Positions 40,355 through 53,888 are shown, numbered from the stretch's first letter. The stretch: 64,000 nucleotides of DNA from Callorhinchus milii (GCF_018977255.1 NW_024704742.1:76200001-76264000), one strand, 5' to 3'. Program-made: numbers and translations. The notes: generated by a model not told the origin, from the sequence alone.

Positions 40355-40533
40355 CAAATGCAATTTGTGGTGGCAGTTGCAAAGGTGGTGCAATTGCTGT
40401 AACCTGCGCTGTGCTGTCCAATCCTGCTCAATGCAGTGGATGCTCTGCTCCTCCCCCTGGCCCTCTCCCTGTCTGTCTCTCTGCCCTGTTGGCTGCCTGG
40501 CTGGTTGGCTGGTTGGCTGTTGCCTGGGATGTC

Positions 40534-40646
40534 ATGGCGCTGCCAGTGTCTCTCTGCTCCCCTCTCCGGGTGGTTGTGTCCAGGCTGCTGTGGGGAGGTC
40601 GCGGAGCCCCGCTGGCAGGAGGACATCTGCACAGCAGCGGCTGCAG
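40534..40646 (+). CDS. MTHFD2L: MTHFD2L coding exon 1 (mitochondrial targeting peptide)
   Basis: GTCATGG Kozak; MALPVSLCSPLRVVVSRLLWGGRGAPLAGGHLHSSGC(R), Arg-containing with no acidic residues; CAG|GTAAGG donor; 113 nt, phase 2, matching exon 2. Confidence 0.82.
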
Positions 40647-40675
40647 GTAAGGTGATGAGTGGTCCTGATGCTTGT

Positions 40676-40981
40676 GCAGAGCAGAGCAGAGCTGGGCAGT
40701 GCAGGGCAGGGTAGTGCAGGACTGGGCAGTGCAGGGCAGTGCAGTGCAGGGCAGGGTAGTGCAGGACTGGGCAGTGCAGGGCAGTGCAGTGCAGGGCAGG
40801 GTAGTGCAGGACTGGGCAGTGCAGGGCAGTGCAGTGCAGGGCAGGGTAGTGCAGGACTGGGCAGTGCAGTGCAGGGCTGGGCAGTGCAGGGCAGAGCAGT
40901 GCAGGGCTGGGCAGTGCAGGACTGGGCAGTGCAGTGCTGGGCAGTGCAGGGCAGTGCTGGGCAGTGCAGGGCAGTGCTGGG
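40676..40981. repeat. Pentamer-based minisatellite (GCAGT/GCAGG) with 45 bp units at the start of MTHFD2L intron 1
   Basis: ACTGGGCAGT recurs at 40721, 40766, 40811 and 40856. Confidence 0.93.
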
Positions 40982-41866
40982 ATGCGCGGCTGAGGGGAAC
41001 TTGACTTGACAGCCCGCAGCTCACGGCAATTTATTATTGCAGAAGATGAACAAAAAAAAAACCCCAAAGAGCCCTGACGTGCAAACACGACGATCAGTGA
41101 AACACTGCAGCAGCTGCAGCGATCCAGTCATTGCAAACGTGCACACCGGGTACATGTCTGCACCGTGAGCTGGGAAGGGGAATTTATTGGCTGACTTTGG
41201 AAAACCTGGGCATGAGGATCAGCTCGTATGTTTGCATAATACAGCAAGTGTGTGATAGTGATAGTAGAGAGAGAGAGAGAGAGAGTGTGTGAGAGACCTC
41301 TACTGGAGAGATGCAGAGGCTATAACCTGATGCTTATTTTTCAACAGTCTCTTCCTCATTTTGATCTTTCATTTTTTTTTTGATCCTTAGGCTCTTAACA
41401 ATTCCATGATTTTAAATAGGTTGGCATTTCTTGGGTCCATTTACTCCTGAGAAATGTCTTTTGTAAAATATTTTGCAAAGTGTCGAGAGCCTTAACCGCC
41501 TGCGTATCTTTTAAAACCCGTGGGTACGATGGAATATTTATCTATCTCATGATGCAAGGCAACCCAAAGCGGAAAGGACATTGAGATTATCAGCCTGTCC
41601 ATGCACGCGTAAAGAGTTGGTACTCGTTTCCTGAATTTACTTTTTTCAAACCCGTGACCAATCTCTGATTTTTCAACTTCTAATAGAGCACTGGTATTAT
41701 AAGATAAAATGAGTATTATAAAAGACATGATAAATTATACTTCCGTTTGGTATAGGGCTTTTATGTTAAGAGACGTCTCAAATTTTTTCATGGGATTTAC
41801 TGTAAAGTACAGTGTGATATATTTTGTAAGCAAACGCACCAGTCAATTTGTATTGAGCACTGTCCC

Positions 41867-42178
41867 GTGGAGTCCTGTAGCTCAGTGGTTGGAGCACTCG
41901 CCTCGCAAGCGAGAGACCTGGGTTCAATTCCGGTCAGGGCGAAACATTGGGAAAGTTTCCTTACTCCACACGATTAATAATAATCCCTCAGGAAAAAAAA
42001 TAATAAATTGGTCATTTCAATCCACGACTGTTTGTGGGACACTGCTGTGCGCAATTGGCTGCCGCGTTTCGCCCACAAATATACGGTCAATTCACTTTAC
42101 AGTCTATTCTGTGAAGCGCTTTGAGACGTCGAGAAGACGTGAAAAGTGCTATATCAAATGCAAGGATTATTATTATTA
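41867..42178 (+). mobile_element. Full-length tRNA-headed SINE
   Basis: GTGGAGTCCTGTAGCTCAGTGG head to (ATT)n tail; abuts an older inverted fragment at ~41690-41866. Confidence 0.92.
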
Positions 42179-42334
42179 CCACAAACACCCAGGAATTGAA
42201 TGACCAAATTTATGTTGGAAATTGTTGGTGTGAACAGCAGGAGAAACTTCCTTTATGTTTAAAATAGTGTGCTAGGATCTCTAGTGTTTTACCATAGCAC
42301 TATGCTGGAGTGTCAGACCAATTTATGACTATGG

Positions 42335-42470
42335 AGCAAAAACAGAAGTCGCTGGGAACATTCAGCAGGTCAGGCAGCATCTATGGAGAAAGGAAAGTGA
42401 GTCAATGTTTGGGGTCCACGACTCTTCGTCAGAACTGGTGCATGTTCGGAGAGAGAGGCTTTTAAGGACT
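42335..42470 (-). mobile_element. Penelope-like retroelement terminal fragment
   Basis: CAGCAGGTCAGGCAGCATCTATGGAGA...CTTCGTCAGAACTGG matches the chondrichthyan Penelope terminus as I recall it; carries a degenerate hammerhead core. Confidence 0.62.
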
Positions 42471-43312
42471 AACAAAGAAGGGGGAGGCAGGGCAAGGAAG
42501 ACAAAGGAAAAAATGGGGTAGAGGGCAGGGGATGATGGGTTAAATAGGTATTAATGATACAAAACAAAGGGGGGATTACAGGGGATTATCTATATTTGAA
42601 TTAGAGTCCATTCAGCTTCATAGCAACTCTCTTCCCATTGTGAGTCCAGTTTGCATTCCCTCTTTCCATCTCCTTTCTGGAAGATAATGACTTGTTTCTT
42701 CTTTCCACTGGAATACGTTTCCACGTGTACTGGTTCCTCACTTTGTGCAAGTTGCCTTTCTCCATATTTACCTTGGATCGCTATTCTTAAGTATTATTAA
42801 ATGTCCCTTTTCCCTGCTTGGCCTGAAGCAACAGTTTCTTTGTGACATTTTTAATAATAATAATAATAATTTTCACACCTCTCTGACATCCTTGGCAGTA
42901 CACAAGAAAAAGCTTCTGTTAGATGATCATAACCTCCTCCATGGTTTCCTTGTCTACCCTCATAGTTACCTCAGTTTTATCAATAATCCTGGACTCTCAG
43001 ACATTGGGCCTAGGCAGTGTGAGGAACTTGCCCAGAAAGCGCCTCGAGCGTCAGGAAACATTAATAGGATCCTCGTTAAGCCTTTCAATGTTGAGCTTAT
43101 CCTCCTTGAACGACATCGCCAAGCAGTCCATAGCATGTACCACAAGTACCATACCATTGATTGGTGTTAGAACTACTCAGTGCCTATATTGATCATAACT
43201 TCTCAATTACTGCACCTCAGAAACTGAGAGCAACCAACACAATAAGACAAAAAAAGGTATGTATTTGCCTCACCTTGATGATTATTTTAGGTGTGGTGTA
43301 CTCTGTAGGCAA

Positions 43313-43746
43313 GACTTGCGTCAGCTTGGCTCAGAGGTAGCACTCTCGCCTCTGAGTCAGAAGGTTGTGCGTTCAATTCCCACATTGAGATTTGGACTCA
43401 CATAGTCTAAGGTGTCACTCCAATGCAGTGTTGGGGGTTGTGCTTTATTGTCAAAGATGCCGTTCTTCAGATGAGATATTAAACCGAGGCCCGGCCGCCT
43501 GTTCACTTGGATGTAAAAGATTCTATGGCACTATCTGTAAACAGAAGGGAGTTCCTAGTCAACAATCCCCAAATAAAATTGGTGATTTGTTTCATGGCTG
43601 TTTGTGGGATATTGCTATGTACAATTGGGCTGCTGGATTTGCTTACAAATATCTAGTCACTTCAGTTCACAGTAAATCCTCTGAAGCGCTTTGAGACCTC
43701 CTTCCAACATGATAAGGCGCTACACCAAATGCAAGGATTATTATTG
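43313..43746 (+). mobile_element. Full-length DeuSINE (SacSINE1-like)
   Basis: tRNA-like head TGGCTCAGAGGTAGCACTCTCGCCTCTGAGTCAGAAGG, Deu domain GATGAGATATTAAACCGAGGCCC, L2-type tail. Confidence 0.82.
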
Positions 43747-44332
43747 TGCTGCAACTATGTGTATTCATCCTGAACTGATTCAGAAAGGAAAAAAATGTGT
43801 AAAATGATTGACCTCAGTACTTTGGCAAATGTAATATTTTTCTTTATTAATTGGCATAATGGATTCAAGTCACAATGTGTACTCTTAATTGCAGAGTACA
43901 CTATATGGTCTTTGTCTGGACTAGAATGNTTTTTTTGCACTGTGGCAGATAATAATTGAATAGAGCACTAGTTATGCTTGATCTGGCTATCATGTACGAC
44001 CTTCTGAGAATGTTTATGATTTGACATAGGAAACTTTCTGAAGCAGTAAACACAACTGCGAGAGATTGATGGTGGTTCAGGCTAACTTCCATTTATTGTC
44101 CAAAAGTCTAATTCAGTTCATTCATGACTAGCAGCAAAAATCTCACTATTCACATATGCACCATCAGGAAAACCTTTTAAAAGAGTATATATTTTTTTCC
44201 AATCTACACTGTGACTGGATCTGTAAAGATAGTCACGAAGAAGATTGGAGGATAACCCCTCAACTTGTATGTTTTGCAGTTTTCAAAAATCTTACCAATA
44301 CAAAGCTTTATGTGGCTATGTGCTGGCCTGCT

Positions 44333-44650
44333 ATAATAATAATCCTTGCATTTGATATAGCGCTTTTCACGTCAGGAGGACGTCCCAAAGCGCTTCACAG
44401 AACACACTGTAAAGTGAATTGACTGTATATTTGTGGGCGAACGCGGCAGCCAATTGCGCACAGCAATGTCCCACAAACAGTCATGGATTGAAAATGACCA
44501 ATTTATTATTGTTTTTGGTTTTGGAGGGATTATTATTAGGCTCTGTGTGGAGTAAGGAAACTTGCCCAAGGTTTCGCCCTCTGCCTGGAATTGAACTCAG
44601 GTCTCTCGCTTGCAAAGCGAGTGCTCAACCACTGAGCTACAGGACTCCAC
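44333..44650 (-). mobile_element. Full-length tRNA-Ala-headed SINE, young subfamily
   Basis: Nearly exact reverse complement of 46382-46705. Confidence 0.92.
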
Positions 44651-46381
44651 ATGCTATAAAGAAGGAATAATACAATTTGGCTGAAAATATGACATATGGT
44701 TTATATATTCAGTACAAGGTACATATGCATTACACGTTCTTAACATGGAGGCTTCAGAGTATAATCTTGTTGAACACAATAATTTAGCTTCCAAGTGTAA
44801 AAACAAAAGCATAAAACATGTTACAATATAACAATTATAGGAATCAAGGTTATTTTTATATCCGGCAATATCACAAGCATTCAAGTCTCAACAAGTTTCT
44901 TTCAGTGTTTCGAAGTCAATTTAAAACAATGGCTTCATAATTCTCCTTATTCATGAGCTAAGTAAGCATTGATATAATATTAATGGCATTGTATGAAAAC
45001 CAACATACAGTGCATAGTGCCAGACCTAACAATGCTTTTTGAAGTCTACTCCGTTTTGGTACATTCTGGCTAGAATTCATAGCACACTTTGTTGCATAAT
45101 CATTTTTGATATTATAATAATAATCCTTGCATTTGCTTGAAACGGAGTTTCGGGGTGTAGTGCTTTGAGACGGCCCCCTGATGCAATAAGAAGCTATACC
45201 AAATTCAAGGATTATTATTATTATATATTATTATTATTGGAACATGTTGTGTCCATTTTCAACTAATGGAGGGATGTTTATCCGATCAGTCTGGATAGGA
45301 TTTGAAGGCAGATTTTGAAGGTGAAAGGATAATGGCTTTAATCGTTCCACCATCTGCTGTGCTTTTCTGCTGTCTGTTGTGCCAGCATATTTTCTTCTCT
45401 TCACATCTAGTATATTGTATATGAGTACTATTCTGGATGATGGGTGTAAAATCATGTCTTTTGTGCGATACCTTGTGTGGGTCTGAAATGCTGTACACTG
45501 CCCAGCACCTTGGGATGTCCTCCCAACGTGAAAGGCACTAATACAAATGTAATCTTGTTGTTGTTGCTGTTGTTGTTGTCGTATGAAGATAGAATGCGGG
45601 GGAGGGGCAGAAGAGTGTTAAATCCTGCCGCAGCACAAGTTTAGTAACGTACATTTATAGTTAACTGGGCCTGTATCTCAGTAAAAATTACCAAAGCAAA
45701 AACTTCTTAGTATTTTCATTTTTCAATGTTCCTCAATCAGTATATTTCTGCCGTAAAATATAATCAATTCACTTTAGAGTATATTCTGTAAAGCGCTTTG
45801 AGTCATCTTGTAGATGTGATAAGGCGCTATATAAAATGCAAGTAGTATTATTATCATTATTATTGTTGTTAGTATACAGGATCAAATTGGAATATTTGTT
45901 AGCCAGGCTAAATGCTAACGTATAATGTCATGAACCCAAGCAGCAAATGTGAAATGAGAACTTTTTTTGGTTAGGATACAATACTGGGTATCTGGAGTGA
46001 TGTGGATTTGTAACTGGTTATAAAGGGAGGGAAGCAGAGTGCAATTGTTAAAGGAGATAGATCAAAATAAGAGTATTGACCTGAAATTGAAAGTAGTTTT
46101 ACTTTACTTTAAATTTGAGGACACCAACTTTATGGTGAACTGCAATAAGGAGTTCAACAAGTAAGGGTGCACCTTACCTGATCACCATTAAATGAAGTTG
46201 AATACAGACAAATGCAGGTTACTGTATGTAGGAAGTAAAAGTGAGAAATATACATATTCCAGAGACGGGATAGAAAGAGGAAGCTACACGTGATCTAGTG
46301 AGTCTACGTTTGGTCAATTTCTCATTATCAAAATTGTGTGTGGCAGCAATAAATAAGACAAACGGGTGGCTGGGCTGCATT

Positions 46382-46705
46382 GTGGAGTCCTGTAGCTCAG
46401 TGGTTAGAGCACTCGCTTTGCAAGCGAGAGACCTGAGTTCAATTCCAGGCAGAGGGCGAAACCTTGGGCAAGTTTCCTTACTCCACACAGAGCCTAATAA
46501 TAATCCCTCCAAAAAAACAAAAAAATAATAAATTGGTCATTTTCAATCCATGACTGTTTGTGGGACATTGCTGTGCGCAATTGGCTGCCGCGTTCGCCCA
46601 CAAATATACAGTCAATTCACTTTACAGTATATTCTGTGAAGCGCTTTGGGACGTCCTCCTGACGTGAAAAGCGCTATATCAAATGCAAGGATTATTATTA
46701 TTATT
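46382..46705 (+). mobile_element. Full-length tRNA-Ala-headed SINE, young subfamily
   Basis: A box TAGCTCAGTGG, anticodon arm CTCGC-TTTGCAA-GCGAG, B box GTTCAATTCC, (ATT)n tail. Confidence 0.93.
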
Positions 46706-46737
46706 CCCAAATCACTGAGCTCTTGAAGTCGTGCTCA

Positions 46738-48315
46738 AACAACAACAACAAGATTACATTTGTATAGTTCCTTTCACATTGGGAGGATGTCCCAAAGCCC
46801 TGGACAGTGTACAGCATTTCAGACCTGAGCTGGAGTCAGGGGAGAGAGGGGAGGGGAAGGGGGGGTGATCGATGGTATGGTCGAAGAGGAGAGTTTTGAG
46901 GTGGGACTTGAAGGAGGCTAAGGAGGGGGTGAGGCAGAGTGATTAGGGGATGGAATTCCAGAGGTTGGGAGCAGAGTGGCTGAAGGCTCTCCCACCAATG
47001 GTGGGGCGGGTGGGTCGGGGGGCGTGGAGCAGGCCGGAGCAGGCCGAGCAGAAGGAGCGGACGGGTTGGTAGGGGTTTAGGAGGTCGCAGAGGTAGGGTG
47101 GGGCGAGGCCATGGAGGGCTTTGGAGGTGAGGACCATGATCTTGAACTGGATCCTCTGAAGGATAGGGAACCAATGGAGTTGGGCGAGAATGGGGTAGAT
47201 GGGGTCACGGAGTTTGGTGCGGGAGAGGACACGGGCTGCAGAGTTCTGGATTATCCGCAGTCTGTGGAGAGAGGAGTCGGGAAGGCCGACAAGCAGGACG
47301 TTTGCCTAGTTGAACCTGGAGGTGATGAAGGCATGAACAAGAGTTTCAGCGGTCTGAGGGGTGAGGTAGTGGCAAAGTATTATGGAGGTGAGGGAAGGCA
47401 GGTGTACTTATCATGGCTTGGATGTGGGGAAGAAAAGACAGTCAAGGGTCGAACAAGACCCCTAGGTTCCTGACTGGCTTGGTGAGTTGAAGTGTGCAAC
47501 CATGGAGGTTGATGCTGCCAGAGCCTGAGGTGCTGAGGTACAGAGCCCTGGGAGACGCCAAATGTGACAGTGCGGGGGCTGGAGGAGAAGCCGTTAGAGC
47601 CAACAAAGTGGAGATGGTGAGAGAGATAGGAATCAAACCAGGCAAGGGCAGGTCCATGAAGATTGAGTAAAACGGAGAGGGGGTGTACGAGGATGGAGTG
47701 GTCGACAGTGTCGAAGGCAGCAGAGAGGTCGAGGAGAACAAGGAGGCAGAGGGAGCCCTGATCACAGATGTTCAGAATGTCACTAGTGACTTTGACCAGG
47801 GCTGTTTCCGTGCTGTGGGCAGCGCGAAAGCCGGATTGGAAGGGTTCAAAGAGGGAATGGCAAGAGAGAAAGGAGCGGAGTTGGGACCCGACAACTCGTT
47901 CCAGGACCTTGGAGAGGAATGGGAGGTTAGAGACGGGGCAGTAGCTGGAGAGTAGGGATGGGTCCAGGGAAGATTTTTTCAGGATGGGGGTGATGACGGC
48001 TGTTTTTGGGGTGGGAACTGAACCGGTGGATAAGGAGAGGTTGATGACGTCGGTCAGGAGAGGGCCCAGAAGGTGGAGCTGGGAGATGAGGAGAGAGGTG
48101 GGAATGGGATCGAGGGAGCAGGTGGTGGGTTTGAGCTTGCGAACAATCGTGGAGAGGGAGGAGGGAGAAATAGGGTCGAAGGAGTATAGGGGGGGATGCG
48201 TGGGGGGTGGATCATGAGGAAGAGGTGATGTGGGGGTGGCGGTGGACAGGGCAGAGGTGGCTGAACATATCCCCTCGATTTTGGTTTCGAGGAAATCCAG
48301 CATCTCCTCACAGTT
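46738..48315 (-). mobile_element. L2 LINE with RT core, internally deleted
   Basis: 307 aa frame with PVSNLPFLSKVLER, QSGFRAAHSTETAL, LLDLSAAFDTVDH, GVSQGS; the YADD region is missing; 3' end and (TTG)n tail present. Confidence 0.92.
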
Positions 48316-48329
48316 GGAGTTTGCATACA

Positions 48330-48818
48330 GTGCTGCATAAGTTGTACTGTGCTATGGTTAGACTGCCCCTAGAGTATCAGATACAGTCTTAGGTCCTGTG
48401 ACATAGTGATTATTAATAATATAAAGGAGGAGAATGATGATCCTTAGTGTTAGAGGGATGAGCTATTAGCAATGACTGATAAGCTAGGACTCTCCAGCCT
48501 GGAAAATAGATGCTTTAGAAGGGCTGTTATAGAGATATACAAGATGCTAAATGGGATTGTGAAGATGAACCCAGAAAGTGCTTTTAGATATGGCAATTCG
48601 GGGACTATAAGAGAGAACAGGTTTAGGGCTGTGACTTTAAGAGTTACCAGGAAGTTTTTCAGGTTTCCAGGAAGGATGGTGGAGGCCAGGGCACAGGACT
48701 CATTTAAAATGCAGATTGGTGCTATGATGGGGGTACGGTATAGGATGGTTGTTTTGAAGGATGAGATCGGATGGGATAAAAAGGCCTCCTTCATCCAAAC
48801 CAATCTTGTGATCTTGTG
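48330..48818 (+). mobile_element. CR1 LINE 3' fragment
   Basis: KLGLSSLENRCFRRAVIEIYKMLNG peptide and CR1-type 3' UTR. Confidence 0.7.
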
Positions 48819-49809
48819 AAAAAGCTGTGCTCCTGGTGTCAGTGAAATATACAGTCTGATGACAACACTGAGAATGCTGTCAGGGTGGCGGAGGGTATGA
48901 TCCCCTGGCTCGTTGTCAGACTCCTCCACTGTGAGGACTCTGGGATGCTACCCCGCGTGAAGGGCGCTATGTAAATGCCAGTAAATGTTGTTATTGGTAT
49001 TCCTCAGATACATCCGTGTGTTTTCTAATGATGTGTAATACATTTCTAAATTTAAACTGCGTGTTAGGCCCCTCAGATCATGGGAAGGTGGCTTTTATAA
49101 TCCAATCAGGACAGAACACTCACACTAAAAAAATGGAACTGACCTCTGTAAACGTGTCCCTTTTGTACGTTTCCCTTGTTTATCCCTGCCTCACTCCCAC
49201 TGTAACACAACTGTATGGTCCAATGTCTTCTGTGCTGTAGCATTCTATGATACTAATTTAGAGAAGTGTTTGAGAGCACCTCCTACACAGTAAATTTGGC
49301 AATGTTTTGGCTTCACATATTATCGCAGTAAATGCACGGAAAACCTGACCTTTAAAGATTAGAAAGTTTCAATAAAAGTTGAACCTTTTATTGAATCTTA
49401 AGGTTTTTTTAAAATGATATTCCCACTGGCCTTTTACAAACAGTAAAAGATTAACCAGGATTTAGAATATCCAGGAATTAGCAGGGCTTTGCATATACTG
49501 TATCTACAGGTGTGTAGTCAATGAGCTCAGCATTTACTAGCAATTACCTCAAGCAAGACAAACATCAAGTTGGCATCACTCTTCTGTTACCATGTTAACC
49601 AGTGCTTGGAGAGAACTGAAGCATGCAAATATTCGACATAAATTTATCTAACAAACAATTGTGCATTGCCGGAGGTGCCGTCTCTTGGATGAGACCTTAA
49701 ACCGATGTTGTGTTGCCTGTTCATGTGGATGTTAAAGACCCCATGGCTCCCATGGCACTATTTAAAAAGAAAAGGGAATATCTCCAGGTGTCTTAGCGAA
49801 CAAATACAT

Positions 49810-50335
49810 CACAATACAAAAGTTACATTTATACAGCGCCTCCTGGATGGAGTTCCAGAGAGTAGGGGCAGATACACTGAAAGCCTGATTGCCGAGGGTG
49901 GGGCGGGGATGTGAAGCCTTCTGAGTAGAGGGAATGACTGGGTTGGTAAGGTCTGAGGAGGTCGCAGAGATAGGGTAGGTCAAGGTCAAGACCATATTCA
50001 AGACTGTGGTTGATAGATTTCTAAAGGATAGAGGGATTAAGGAATATGGGGATAGGACGGTAAATAATCTTATTAAATGGCGGGGCAGGCTCAAGGGTCT
50101 GAATGGCCTACTCCTGTTCCTATGTCTTATGGTCTTATGGAGGGATTTAAAAGATAGGACAAGGATCTTGAACCTGATCTACTGGCGGATCTGCTGGCGG
50201 ATGGGAAATCAGTGGAGCCGGGTGAGGATGGATGTGACAGGCTCATGAGCCTGGTGTGGGAAAGGACATGAGCTGCAGAGTTCTGGATTGTGAAGGGAAG
50301 AGGTGGGGAGTCCAGTGAGCCTAGCCTGGCAGTAA
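49810..50335 (-). mobile_element. L2 fragment interrupted by a plus-strand CR1 3' end (~50000-50135)
   Basis: L2 peptide remnants on both sides; CR1 tail GGGCAGGCTCAAGGGTCTGAATGGCCTACTCCTGTTCCTATG in the middle. Confidence 0.7.
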
Positions 50336-51319
50336 TGAATGTGTGGATAAAATTGGTCATTGGCTTCATGGCTGTTGGAACAACAACAACAACTTGCATT
50401 TATATAGTGCCCTTCATGCGCTATATAAATGCAGAGTCTCGGAGCGCTTAACTGTGGCAGAACCTGACACCGAGGCTGGGGAAGGGAGGGGGTAACTGTA
50501 AGCACTGTCGAAGAAGAAGGACATTACTGTGCTCAATTGGGATAGTGCATTTGCCTGCAATTACACAGTCACTCCACAGTAAATCTTGTGAAGAACTTTG
50601 ACACACCCTTCCGGGGTGAGTAAAGGTTAGCATGAGGATCTTGTACCAAATCAATATACCAAATGTGCTTTACCAATGCAAGGCGTAGTTATTCGTATTT
50701 GATGATATTTGATTATGACTTGAAACTAGCAACTTCAATTTTCTCAGACTGAGGCCACAGCTTGGAACATCTTACCTCTGGAGACAGTTTGGAGAAGAGC
50801 AAGAAGAATGATCTGAGAACTTTGAGCTTTAAGGCAACTCACAGAGTTTAAATTGTTTTTATTCAAGAAAAAAAAGATTGAGGAAGGATGTGTTCAGTGG
50901 CACTCTGGAATGCTACCCTGTGTGAGGAATGCCACATAAAATACAAGTTGTTCTTTCAATTGTTGAGAAGGGGAGATGCAATCAGAGCAAATTAACTTGA
51001 ACTGTAAGAACAGAAAAAGAGGAATTTTAATTAACAAATCTTTCGTAACATGGAATATTGGAGGGACACTCTCCACTTTCTCTCTCTCTTCTCCCTCCTC
51101 CCTCTTTCTCTCTCCCCTTCTCTCTCACCTAATCTCTTGCAAAGGTAGGAGCCGGAGCAATTTAAAAAAGAGCAGAATACACACCTGAATAGTTGTACAG
51201 ATGAGTACATTGTAGATGGAGATGGTTAAATGCGTAAACATGATGATGTGAGCTGCTGGGTCACAAAAGTACAGAAATGAACTGACGGAAGATATTCTAG
51301 AAATATTGCAGATCTTCCT

Positions 51320-53654
<2,335 letters not shown>

Positions 53655-53802
53655 CTCTAGAGGTTGAATTGATCCCTATTCTTTGACTTTAACTCCTTTA
53701 CTCTATAACTAGCTTCTCTCTCTATAAAACTAAGAACTCCATTTGCTTTGTTATAGTCTTGTCTACTTGCATTCACACATTTAAAGGACCTTGATATTTC
53801 CA

Positions 53803-53888
53803 ATCTATTAGGAATATTACCATTTTGGGTACATGTCCCTTCCGGCCAGGAAGGATATGTACCCTAAATGGTAATGTTCTTAACAGAT
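53803..53888 (+). other. Long inverted repeat (hairpin), 86 nt
   Basis: ATCTATTAGGAATATTACCATTTTGGGTACATGTCCCTTCC-GGCCA-GGAAGGATATGTACCCTAAATGGTAATGTTCTTAACAGAT; ~40 bp stem. Confidence 0.85.

Noticed and set aside
40228..41088. 286 aa and 198 aa Cys/Pro repeat ORFs
   Set aside because: Products of the pentamer minisatellite, antisense to MTHFD2L.
41867..41942. tRNA-Ala genes at SINE heads
   Set aside because: Every copy runs into the SINE body and tail; pair 1-72 is mismatched and G3-U70 is absent.
42745..43192. Overlapping ORFs in MTHFD2L intron 1
   Set aside because: No recognisable domain or consistent splice sites; possibly an old retroelement remnant.
51295..51302. TTCTAGAA as the left target-site duplication of the hAT element
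   Set aside because: Similar to CTCTAGAG but not followed by a CAGGGGTGGGCAA TIR, so it cannot be confirmed.
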